From Clostridiales bacterium (GTDB lineage Bacteria > Bacillota > Clostridia > Christensenellales > UBA3700), in NCBI GenBank assembly GCA_015055975.1, contig SVHF01000002.1, positions 2,225-66,224 on the forward strand: a stretch of DNA of 64,000 bases, in the 5' to 3' direction. The notes below the pieces were generated by a model. That model saw only the letters and a program-made list of their open reading frames with translations, made no database searches and was not told where the DNA came from. Both the position numbers and the translations under genes were made by a program. Every line of letters begins with the position of its first letter. The first letter of the stretch is position 1. Below are positions 34,540-42,950 of this stretch, one piece after another.

Positions 34540-36023
34540 AACAAATTATTATCGCTTCACACCCAGCTAACACTCGCGTTTGCATCGTAGAAGATGGCAA
34601 ATTAGTTGAGTTTTGGGTTGAAAGAGAAAGCACAGAAAGAATAGTAGGCAATATCTACAAAGGTAAAGTCATGAATGTATTACCAGGCATGGCATCAGCT
34701 TTTGTAAACATTGGTCTTGAGAAAAACGCTTTCTTATATGCAGGCGATATGATAGACGAAGATGGTTCTATTAAAGAAACAAATGGTAAGTTAAACGTAA
34801 AAGTTGGGGATGAAATATTAGTGCAAGTTGTTAAAGATCAATTTGGCAACAAGGGCGCTAGAATTTCAATGAATATATCTCTTCCATCTCGTGGATTAAT
34901 CTTGATGCCTCAAATAGATTATGTGGGTGTTTCAAGAAAGCTTGAAGATACAGAACAAGTCAAAGAGCTTGTTGATTATGTAGAAAGTATAAGAAAACCA
35001 GGTCACGGATATATTTTAAGAACACAATCTACAGATTGTACTAAAGAAGAAATTTTAAGCGACGCGCAAGAGCTAGAATCTATCTGGGCAAAAATCCAAG
35101 ATACATACAATCATTCATCAGCTCCAGCTTTAATTTATAAAGACGAATCTTTAGCAATTAGAGCCGTTAGAGATATGCTTCGAAGCGATGTTTGTGAAAT
35201 CGTTGTAGATAGCGAAAAGGTGTATGAGGAATTAAAAGCTACATTCCCACACGTAGTTGAAGAAAATCCAAATCTATTCAAATTATATAACCATACAGAA
35301 AACATTGTTTATGCATACAATTTGAATTCTCAAATTGACGCTTTGCTTCAAAAGAAAGTAGAGATGTCTAATGGCGCATACTTAGTTATAGATAGAACGG
35401 AAGCTTTAACGGTTATAGACGTAAATACAGGAAAATACGTAGGACAAAAGCAATTATCTGAAACAATCTTTGAAACAAACAAGATTGCAGCAAAGGAAAT
35501 TGCAAGACAATTAAGATTAAGAAATTTGGGTGGAATTATAGTTGTAGACTTTATCGATATGGATAAGCAAGAACAAATCGATACTGTTATGGCTATATTA
35601 AAAGAAGAGCTTGCAAAAGATAGAATTAAAACAACGCTTATTGATATAACTCCACTTGGATTAGTTGAAATTACAAGAAAGAAGACATCTTCAATGCTTG
35701 GCGATGTAATGTTACAACCTTGTCCATATTGTCATGGCGATGGATATGTATTTTCAGATGAGCATGTAGTTACAAAATTAAAGCAAGATTTGAATACAAT
35801 ATTCAAAAATCCAATGAATACTACTGTAATTATTGAGGTTGCTACATCTGTATTTAATAAGGTGTTTGCGTATAAATTATTAGAAAAAGAATGCGAAACG
35901 ATTTGGAAAGATAAGAGAATTTATTTAGTTCCATCTCAAAGTTTGCATATAGAAAAGTATAAAATTCAAGCAACTAACGCAACTATTATCGATTTGCCAG
36001 ATACTGCAAAGTTGCTATTCTAA
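34536..36023 (+). CDS. rng: Ribonuclease G/E family (Rng/CafA-like)
   Basis: S1 domain GNIYKGKVMNVLPGMASAFVNIG. Catalytic core VIDRTEALTVIDVNTGKY and GGIIVVDFIDM. Zn-link CPYCHGDG. Confidence 0.85.
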   Translation: MKQIIIASHPANTRVCIVEDGKLVEFWVERESTERIVGNIYKGKVMNVLPGMASAFVNIGLEKNAFLYAGDMIDEDGSIKETNGKLNVKVGDEILVQVVKDQFGNKGARISMNISLPSRGLILMPQIDYVGVSRKLEDTEQVKELVDYVESIRKPGHGYILRTQSTDCTKEEILSDAQELESIWAKIQDTYNHSSAPALIYKDESLAIRAVRDMLRSDVCEIVVDSEKVYEELKATFPHVVEENPNLFKLYNHTENIVYAYNLNSQIDALLQKKVEMSNGAYLVIDRTEALTVIDVNTGKYVGQKQLSETIFETNKIAAKEIARQLRLRNLGGIIVVDFIDMDKQEQIDTVMAILKEELAKDRIKTTLIDITPLGLVEITRKKTSSMLGDVMLQPCPYCHGDGYVFSDEHVVTKLKQDLNTIFKNPMNTTVIIEVATSVFNKVFAYKLLEKECETIWKDKRIYLVPSQSLHIEKYKIQATNATIIDLPDTAKLLF

Positions 36024-36060
36024 CGCATTATTATATAAATATTTATTTATTATATTTCGT

Positions 36061-36090
36061 TTGACACACTTTATTTGTTTTGTGTATTAT
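36061..36090 (+). promoter_or_regulatory. Putative promoter of the rplU-prp-rpmA operon
   Basis: TTGACA (36061-36066), 18-nt spacer, TATTAT (36085-36090). Confidence 0.55.
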
Positions 36091-36096
36091 AGACAC

Positions 36097-36171
36097 TGAG
36101 CCGCGTGGAGAAGGTCTGAAGTTTTCGCATGAAACACCTTAACAGCGAGACTGGAGAGAGGAGGTATTAAC
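36097..36171 (+). promoter_or_regulatory. Candidate ribosomal-protein L21 leader (autoregulatory 5' UTR)
   Basis: About 75-nt GC-enriched leader (gagccgcgtggagaaggtctgaag...cagcgagactggagagaggagg) between the promoter and rplU. Its position matches the Firmicute L21 leader, but the structure was not folded. Confidence 0.4.
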
Positions 36172-36474
36172 ATGTACGCAATCGTTACAACAGGTAATAA
36201 GCAATACAAAGTTGCTAAAGATGATATTATCAAGGTTGAAAAGCTAGAAGCTAATGTTGGTGATGTCGTTGATTTAGAAGTTGTTATGCTTAATGATGAA
36301 GGTAAGATTAAGTGTGGTAAGGACGCAGCTAAGGCATCTGTAAAGGCTGAAGTTGTAGCTCAAGACAAGGCTAAGAAAATTGTAATTTTCAAGTACAAGG
36401 CTAAGAAGAATGAGCGTAAGCGTCAAGGTCATAGACAACCATTCACAGCATTAAAGATTACAGAAATCAAATAA
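36172..36474 (+). CDS. rplU: 50S ribosomal protein L21
   Basis: MYAIVTTGNKQYKV...FKYKAKKNERKRQGHRQPFT is canonical bL21. Confidence 0.95.
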   Translation: MYAIVTTGNKQYKVAKDDIIKVEKLEANVGDVVDLEVVMLNDEGKIKCGKDAAKASVKAEVVAQDKAKKIVIFKYKAKKNERKRQGHRQPFTALKITEIK

Positions 36475-36803
36475 TGACAACAATTACAATTAAAAGACAA
36501 CACAATAGCATTATTCAAGTTGAGTGCAAAGGCCATACTGGATATGCAAGAAACGGCGAAGATATAGTATGTGCAAGTGTATCATCAATAACACAAACAG
36601 CAATGTTAGGATTATTGAATGTAGCAAAAGTAAAATTAAATAGCACAAAAAACGACGATCAAGGATATTTAAAATTTGAAATCGTAGGCGACTTGGATAA
36701 AGAGAAAAGACATGAATGCGATATGATTCTTGAAACTATGGTAGCAGGAATTAAAGATTTAGAAGATGGCTTTTCTAAGTACGTAAAATTGGAGGAAAAA
36801 TAA
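36474..36803 (+). CDS. prp: Ribosomal-processing cysteine protease Prp
   Basis: [18 protein letters not shown] (catalytic His/Cys pair context), located between rplU and rpmA. Confidence 0.85.
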   Translation: MTTITIKRQHNSIIQVECKGHTGYARNGEDIVCASVSSITQTAMLGLLNVAKVKLNSTKNDDQGYLKFEIVGDLDKEKRHECDMILETMVAGIKDLEDGFSKYVKLEEK

Positions 36804-36804
36804 T

Positions 36805-37086
36805 ATGTTTATTAATATTCAATTATTTGCTCATAAGAAAGGTGTAGGAAGCACAAAGAACGGTAGAGATTCTGAAGCTAAGAGACTTGGACCAAAGAAG
36901 TCTGATGGCCAACCAGTTCTAGCTGGCAACATCCTAGTAAGACAAAGAGGAACAAAGTATCATCCAGGTAACAATGTAGGTATCGGTGGAGATGACACAC
37001 TATTTGCTCTTATCGATGGCGTTGTTAAGTTCGAAAGAAAGGGCAAGGATAAGAAGCAAGTTAGCGTATATCCAAAAGAAGCTTAA
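36805..37086 (+). CDS. rpmA: 50S ribosomal protein L27 with a cleavable N-terminal extension
   Basis: [29 protein letters not shown]... contains the propeptide plus the AHKKG mature N-terminus typical of Prp-containing Firmicutes. Confidence 0.95.
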   Translation: MFINIQLFAHKKGVGSTKNGRDSEAKRLGPKKSDGQPVLAGNILVRQRGTKYHPGNNVGIGGDDTLFALIDGVVKFERKGKDKKQVSVYPKEA

Positions 37087-37110
37087 TAGCGAAACAAAAT
37101 AAGAAAAATT

Positions 37111-37132
37111 AAGCGAGCTGAAAAGCTCGCTT
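37111..37132. terminator. Bidirectional terminator between rpmA and the convergent ferritin-like gene
   Basis: aagcgagc-tgaaaa-gctcgctt. A T-rich tract follows on the minus strand (aatttttcttatttt), with a weaker one on the plus strand. Confidence 0.65.
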
Positions 37133-37141
37133 ATTTCATAT

Positions 37142-37531
37142 CTAGAACTTTTTAGATAACTCCAGCATATGATCACCGTGTTTTATCTCATCTTTTAATA
37201 CTGATTCAACTTCAGGGAAGTCTTTAATTAATGGTTCATAAGATTTTCCTGCGTTATATTCAAATTTAGATATTGTTTTAAATACTAGCTTTTTACCAAG
37301 TATTGTCATTAAAAACACTACAGCATTTGCTTGTAGAGATTTTGGCTTTAATACAACCCCTGTTAGTTTATGAAATACAGAAGCGTGACATCCTTCATCT
37401 TTTGCAGCGTCTAAAATAACTGCTTTTATTTCATCATCTTTAATTTTCTTTGCTATTTTTTGATACATTAAAACAGCGTCTAATTCACCTTGTTGAGCAT
37501 TAAGTAGTGTCTTTAAGGTTTTATCGTCCAT
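37142..37531 (-). CDS. Ferritin-like/rubrerythrin-like four-helix-bundle protein
   Basis: Two E-x-x-H motifs about 80 aa apart (KDEGCHASVF and KDEIKHGDHM), 129 aa. Confidence 0.55.
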   Translation of the reverse strand: MDDKTLKTLLNAQQGELDAVLMYQKIAKKIKDDEIKAVILDAAKDEGCHASVFHKLTGVVLKPKSLQANAVVFLMTILGKKLVFKTISKFEYNAGKSYEPLIKDFPEVESVLKDEIKHGDHMLELSKKF

Positions 37532-37701
37532 ACTTCACCTCGAATGATTTCTGGTATTAATATACTAAAATATGTGGAATTTGTAAAGAATGTTATTATT
37601 TTGCATATAAATGATACTATTTATTTCATAATATTGTTGAAAATGATACTAAAAAATGTTATTATAAACTTGTAATATATTATAAATAGTTATATTGACG
37701 C

Positions 37702-39927
37702 GTGAAATATATGCAAAAAATAGTAACAAAAGAACAAATAGAGCAAATTTTAGTATCATATGGCATAGGCAAAAAGCCTTTGTCAATGCTTCTTGGCTGG
37801 GGTGAAACTACTATTTGCAGATACTTAGATGGGGATACGCCAAGTGAGAAGTATTCAAATGTTCTTTTGAACATTTTCAATGATCCATATGCATATTTAA
37901 AAATACTAGAAAAGAATAAGGCAAATGTTACTGAACTTGCATATACAAAAAGTTTAAAAGCAACAAAAGATTATATAAATGAAATAAGATCAGAATTTGC
38001 TGAAGATAGACCTATCTCTGGTTTAGTAAGAGTCGCAGCTGGAACTATAAAGGTTACGGTTGCAGATATTGAAGCAAATAAAGCTGAAATTATAAAGCAA
38101 ATAGATTTAGCATTTAATCGAGATGTAAAACTTTTAACATTAAATGAATTATGTTTAACAGGTTATACCTGTCATGATTTATTCTTACAAGATTTATTAC
38201 TTCAAAAAGTAGAAGATGAAATTATAGAAATTGCTAAATACACAAGATATAAAAACATGGTTGTTATAATAGGTGCTCCTTTAAGAAAGGATGAGAAATT
38301 ATACAACTGCGCTGTAGTTTTATTTAACGGAAAGATTTTAGGCGTTGTTCCAAAGATAAATATTCCAAATTACAACGAATTCTACGAAGTAAGACATTTT
38401 GTATCTGGACAAGGCATTGTATCTTCAGATATAGAGATTGGAACATTCAATGTTCCATTTGGTACAAATCTTTTGTTTAGAGATAAATTAAAGAAGGAAT
38501 TTAAATTCGGCGTAGAAATCTGTGAAGATTTATGGGTTGCTATTCCTCCGTCTTCATATTTAGCACAAGCTGGAGCAACAATTATTGCAAACCTTTCTGC
38601 TTCAAATGAAGTAATTGGGAAGAGTGAATATAGAAGAGATTTAGTTTTAAATCAATCTGGAAGATTAGATTGTGGCTATGTGTATGCATCAGCAGGCGAT
38701 GGAGAATCTACTCAAGATTTAGTATTTTCAGGACACAATATAATTGCTTCAGAGGGAAGAATAATAAAAGAAACAAAGCTATTTGAAAATAAACAAATAG
38801 TAGGCGAAATAGATTTAGAGCAAATTACACACGAAAGACAAAGAAAGAATACTACACAAGTTGTTACTCAAAACATTCAATATATAGATTTTGAACAAAA
38901 GATTGAGGATACAATTTTGCAACAAAGATTGGCTAGATTTCCATTCGTACCTCATGACGACAAAAAGCGTGATGAAAGATGCGATTTAATCCTTACTATG
39001 CAAGCAAACGGATTAAAGAAGCGTATAGAGCATATCAATTGCAAGAAGGTCGTAGTTGGATTATCTGGTGGATTGGATAGTGCACTTGCAATCTTAGTTG
39101 CAGCAAAGGCGATGGATTTATTGGGCAGAGATAGAAAAGATATCATCGCAATAACAATGCCATGTTTTGGTACGACGAAGCGTACAAAATCTAACGCCGA
39201 AATTCTTGCAAATGCTCTAGAGACATCATTTATGGATATAAATATATCCAATGCTGTAAAACAACACTTTATTGATATCGATCAATCGATGGAAAAGTTT
39301 GATGTAACTTTCGAAAATGGTCAAGCAAGAGAAAGAACTCAAGTTTTAATGGATATAGCAAATAAAGAAGGCGGAATTGTTTTAGGTACAGGAGATCTAT
39401 CTGAACTTGCATTGGGCTGGGCAACATACAATGGTGATCACATGTCAATGTATGCAGTAAACGCATCTATCCCAAAAACTCTAGTTAGATATATTGTTAA
39501 ATATTATGCGGATACTTGTGGAAACGAGGATATCGCTAAATCGTTATATGATATTTTGGATACTCCAGTATCTCCAGAGCTACTTCCAGCAAAGGATGGC
39601 AAAATAAGCCAAAAGACAGAGGATTTGGTTGGGCCATACGAATTACACGATTTCTTCTTGTATTACATAATTCGTTGGGGATTTGCGCCTAAGAAAGTAT
39701 ACGCGCTTGCAATTAATACATTTAAAAATGTTTACGATAAAGAAATTATATATAAATGGTTAAGAAACTTCTATTGGAGATTCTTTAATCAACAATTCAA
39801 ACGTTCTTGTCTTCCAGATGGGCCAAAGGTAGGATCTGTTGTTTTATCTCCAAGAGGGGATTGGAGAATGCCATCAGATGCTAAATCATCGCTTTGGATG
39901 AAAGAACTAGATGAAATAGAGGTATAA
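37702..39927 (+). CDS. nadE: Glutamine-dependent NAD+ synthetase (CN-hydrolase + NAD synthase domains) with an extra ~106-aa N-terminal HTH-like domain
   Basis: CN-hydrolase core (LNELCLTGYTCHDLF, FGVEICEDLW, catalytic Cys context) and the N-type ATP-PPase motif VVVGLSGGLDSA. The N-terminal aa 1-106 lie outside both domains. Start is GTG 37702 or ATG 37711; no clear SD. Confidence 0.9.
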   Translation: MKYMQKIVTKEQIEQILVSYGIGKKPLSMLLGWGETTICRYLDGDTPSEKYSNVLLNIFNDPYAYLKILEKNKANVTELAYTKSLKATKDYINEIRSEFAEDRPISGLVRVAAGTIKVTVADIEANKAEIIKQIDLAFNRDVKLLTLNELCLTGYTCHDLFLQDLLLQKVEDEIIEIAKYTRYKNMVVIIGAPLRKDEKLYNCAVVLFNGKILGVVPKINIPNYNEFYEVRHFVSGQGIVSSDIEIGTFNVPFGTNLLFRDKLKKEFKFGVEICEDLWVAIPPSSYLAQAGATIIANLSASNEVIGKSEYRRDLVLNQSGRLDCGYVYASAGDGESTQDLVFSGHNIIASEGRIIKETKLFENKQIVGEIDLEQITHERQRKNTTQVVTQNIQYIDFEQKIEDTILQQRLARFPFVPHDDKKRDERCDLILTMQANGLKKRIEHINCKKVVVGLSGGLDSALAILVAAKAMDLLGRDRKDIIAITMPCFGTTKRTKSNAEILANALETSFMDINISNAVKQHFIDIDQSMEKFDVTFENGQARERTQVLMDIANKEGGIVLGTGDLSELALGWATYNGDHMSMYAVNASIPKTLVRYIVKYYADTCGNEDIAKSLYDILDTPVSPELLPAKDGKISQKTEDLVGPYELHDFFLYYIIRWGFAPKKVYALAINTFKNVYDKEIIYKWLRNFYWRFFNQQFKRSCLPDGPKVGSVVLSPRGDWRMPSDAKSSLWMKELDEIEV

Positions 39928-39930
39928 GTT

Positions 39931-41385
39931 ATGGAGTGGTGGATTTACTTGTTAATAGCGATTGGGGTATGCCTTTTAGGCATAATAGCTGTTGTTTTGA
40001 TTAGAACAGCTATGTTCAAACCAAAAAAGCATAACTATGTAAAAAATACAGAAGAGATTGTCTTTGATAAACAAAAGAATGTTTCTAATTTACAAGAATT
40101 AATTAGATGCAAAACTGTTTCTTTTAGAGACACATCGCTTGAAGACGATAAAGAATTTGAAAAATTAGTAAATCTATTACCAAAGTTATATCCAAATGTT
40201 TATAAGGCTTGCACACTTAAAACATTTGATGGACGTGCACTTCTATTTAAATGGGAAGGAAAGAGCCATGAAAAGCCAACAGTTTTGATGGCACATTATG
40301 ATGTAGTTCCAGTCGATGAACAAGAATGGTCAAAGCCTGCATTTGATGCAATTATTGAAAATGGTGAACTATGGGGAAGAGGTGCTGTAGATACAAAAGT
40401 TACTTTCAACGCAGCTTTATTTGCAGCAGATACATTAATTGCACAAGGATTTGTTCCAAATAGCGATATCTATCTTGCATTCTCAGGCGGCGAAGAAGTA
40501 AATAATGAGGGTGCATCAAATATTGTTAAATATTTTGAAGAAAACAATATTGAACTTGGAATGGTTTTAGACGAAGGCGGAGCCGTTGTTCAAAAAGTAT
40601 TCCCGGGTGTAGATGAAAAGTGCGCTGTTGTTGGCATCGCAGAAAAAGGAATATTAAATCTAAAGTATACGGTTAAATCTGCAGGCGGTCACGCTTCAGC
40701 TCCAAAGAAAAATACTCCAATTCCAACTCTTTCTAATGCATGCATTAGAATAGAAAAACATCCATTTAAGATGCACTTATCTAAAGCAACTTTGGAGTTA
40801 TTGGATGAGATAGGAAGGTATTCAAAGGTTTGGGCTTTAAGAATGGTGCTTGCAAATCTTTGGTTATTTAAGCCTTTACTTGGACTTGCAGGAAAACTAA
40901 TTGGAGGCGAGATAAATGCGCTTTTAAGAACAACAGTTGCATTTACTCAATTCAAGGGATCTAACACGGAAAACGTTATCCCACCTGAAGCGACAATGGT
41001 TTCAAATATACGTATTAACTTAGATGAAAGCATAGATAGCACAATTGCATATTTAAAGAAAACAATTAATAACGATAATATTGAACTTTCTGTTATTAAT
41101 GGCTCTAATCCATCTATTGTATCTCAATCTTCAGGAGACGCTTGGGACAAGATTGGAGCAGCAATTGTATCTACATGGGATGGATCAGTTGTTATCCCAT
41201 ATGTAATGCTAGCTTGTTCAGATAGTAGACATTACGGAAGAATTTCTGACAAGGTATACCGTTTTTCTGCTTGCGATTTAACAAATCAAGAAAGGGCAGG
41301 AATTCACGGAAATGACGAAAGAATCAGATTAGAAGTTGTAGAAAGAGCTACATCATTCTATATAAGACTTATAAAGAGTTGCTAG
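39931..41385 (+). CDS. M20-family metallopeptidase (Cps1/PM20D1-like) with an N-terminal TM anchor
   Basis: TM WWIYLLIAIGVCLLGIIAVVLI. Metal-ligand blocks VLMAHYDVVPV, RGAVDTK and SGGEEV. Confidence 0.85.
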   Translation: MEWWIYLLIAIGVCLLGIIAVVLIRTAMFKPKKHNYVKNTEEIVFDKQKNVSNLQELIRCKTVSFRDTSLEDDKEFEKLVNLLPKLYPNVYKACTLKTFDGRALLFKWEGKSHEKPTVLMAHYDVVPVDEQEWSKPAFDAIIENGELWGRGAVDTKVTFNAALFAADTLIAQGFVPNSDIYLAFSGGEEVNNEGASNIVKYFEENNIELGMVLDEGGAVVQKVFPGVDEKCAVVGIAEKGILNLKYTVKSAGGHASAPKKNTPIPTLSNACIRIEKHPFKMHLSKATLELLDEIGRYSKVWALRMVLANLWLFKPLLGLAGKLIGGEINALLRTTVAFTQFKGSNTENVIPPEATMVSNIRINLDESIDSTIAYLKKTINNDNIELSVINGSNPSIVSQSSGDAWDKIGAAIVSTWDGSVVIPYVMLACSDSRHYGRISDKVYRFSACDLTNQERAGIHGNDERIRLEVVERATSFYIRLIKSC

Positions 41386-41393
41386 GAGGGAAT

Positions 41394-42134
41394 ATGCCAC
41401 AAAGTTTAGTTTCAGTATGGATAATAGGCGCTGTAATAGTTGTAGCAGTTTTGGCTATGAGTATAGCGTTCCTAATTAAAGCTATAAAAAGAGGCAAAGC
41501 AATAGGTATGTCTAAAGACATAATAATGCAAGCAGTTAAATCTAGCGCAATATTCTCAATTGTTCCATCAATTCCAATAGTAATTGGTGTAGGTATTTTG
41601 ATGACATTCGTTGGTATGGCAATATCTTGGATAAGATTGAGTGTAATTGGCGCTTTGCAATATGAGATATATGCACAACAAATAGTATTTTCTGAAGGCG
41701 GAGCTGCAGATAATCAAATGGTGCTAATTGCTACAGCTTTAACTCTAATGACAGTTGGTATTATTTCAGGTCCGATATTCAATGCTATTTTCTATAAGAA
41801 ATATCAAAACACATTAGCAACATTACAAGAGAAAAATGAAAAAGCTATGAATGCAGTAACAGGAGCTTTAATGGGCGGTATGTTAGCTGGTATGACATCA
41901 GCAATAGTAGTAAATGCATTCTTCGCTTTAGGCGATCCAAAAACGGATGCTGCTGGAATCACAACATTTGGCGAAGTTACTTTGATAGCATGGGCTGCAA
42001 GTGTAGTAATAATGGCTCTTTGCGGCGTGCTTCTAAAGTTTGGTAAACAAAAGTGGATTGAAAACTATGCATTGCCTTTGGCAATGGTAGGCTCAATGGC
42101 CATAGCATATGCATGCACAGGATTATTTGCTTAA
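41394..42134 (+). CDS. Polytopic membrane protein of unknown function
   Basis: Strong SD aggaggg precedes ATG 41394. About 6 hydrophobic segments. May be a DUF5058-type family, but I am not certain. Confidence 0.5.
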   Translation: MPQSLVSVWIIGAVIVVAVLAMSIAFLIKAIKRGKAIGMSKDIIMQAVKSSAIFSIVPSIPIVIGVGILMTFVGMAISWIRLSVIGALQYEIYAQQIVFSEGGAADNQMVLIATALTLMTVGIISGPIFNAIFYKKYQNTLATLQEKNEKAMNAVTGALMGGMLAGMTSAIVVNAFFALGDPKTDAAGITTFGEVTLIAWAASVVIMALCGVLLKFGKQKWIENYALPLAMVGSMAIAYACTGLFA

Positions 42135-42147
42135 AAAGGAGGTCAAT

Positions 42148-42834
42148 ATGAAGAATTTATTTAAAGTTGCAGAAACTAGAGAAGAACATAACAACCAAAT
42201 GCATAATATTGGCCGTATCTTTACCTTGATAACTCTTGGCCTTATATTACTTGTTCCTATCCTATTTTGCTTAGAAGCAAAAGTTACTCCAGATTGGTCA
42301 CTATTCTTAAAGACATTACCAGCAATCGTTGGAGCATATTTTATCGTAGGTTTTGTTGAAGCTATATCTTATGCGCCACTTCTAGGCACCGGCGGACAAT
42401 ATCTATCTTTTATTACAGGAAATATTAGTAATTTAAAATTACCATGTGCAATCAACGCTCAAAACATTACAAAGTGTCAACAAGGTTCAGAAGAACAAGA
42501 AATAATAACAACTATTTCAATTGCTGTATCAAGTATTGTAACAACAGTAATAATCCTTATTGGATTAATACCACTAGCACTACTTCAAGAAAGCATTGTT
42601 GAAGCAGTGAAGCCTGTATCTCCATATGTAATCCCAGCAATCTTCGGCGGATTATTAGTAGCTCTTATGGCTAAGTATATGAAGATGACAGCAATCCCAT
42701 TTGTTATCTGTATTTTAATATCTGTAATTACAAACATATTAGGAAGCGGATTGAATCAATCTGTAATGGTAATTGTAGGTATGGTAATAAGTGGCATATA
42801 TACATTTGTAATGTATAAACTAAAAAAGATTTAA
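42148..42834 (+). CDS. Polytopic membrane protein of unknown function
   Basis: SD aaggagg precedes ATG 42148. About 6 hydrophobic segments. Co-oriented and adjacent to the previous gene. Confidence 0.5.
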   Translation: MKNLFKVAETREEHNNQMHNIGRIFTLITLGLILLVPILFCLEAKVTPDWSLFLKTLPAIVGAYFIVGFVEAISYAPLLGTGGQYLSFITGNISNLKLPCAINAQNITKCQQGSEEQEIITTISIAVSSIVTTVIILIGLIPLALLQESIVEAVKPVSPYVIPAIFGGLLVALMAKYMKMTAIPFVICILISVITNILGSGLNQSVMVIVGMVISGIYTFVMYKLKKI

Positions 42835-42872
42835 TCGATTAATTCGTTGTAAACCTAAATTATTTTCGAAGT

Positions 42873-42894
42873 ATGGAGGCCCTCGGACCTCCAT
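42873..42894 (+). terminator. Possible terminator hairpin after the membrane-protein pair
   Basis: atggagg-ccctcgga-cctccat followed by atttcatt (weak U-tract). Confidence 0.4.
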
Positions 42895-42904
42895 ATTTCA
42901 TTGC

Positions 42905-42930
42905 AAAAAAAGAAGACGGCTTTGCCGTCT
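42905..42930 (-). terminator. Rho-independent terminator of the minus-strand acidic-protein gene
   Basis: agacggc-ttt-gccgtct is preceded on the + strand by A7, which is U7 after the hairpin on the minus strand. Confidence 0.65.
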
Positions 42931-42950
42931 CCTTCATGATTCGTTTTATA

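Noticed and set aside
37589-37665. Short direct repeats (aatgttattat x2, aaatgatacta x2) upstream of nadE as a NiaR/NrtR-type operator
   Set aside because: I cannot match them to any regulator consensus I remember with confidence, and 11-mers of this composition recur by chance in AT-rich spacers. They are kept only as a note inside the nadE finding.
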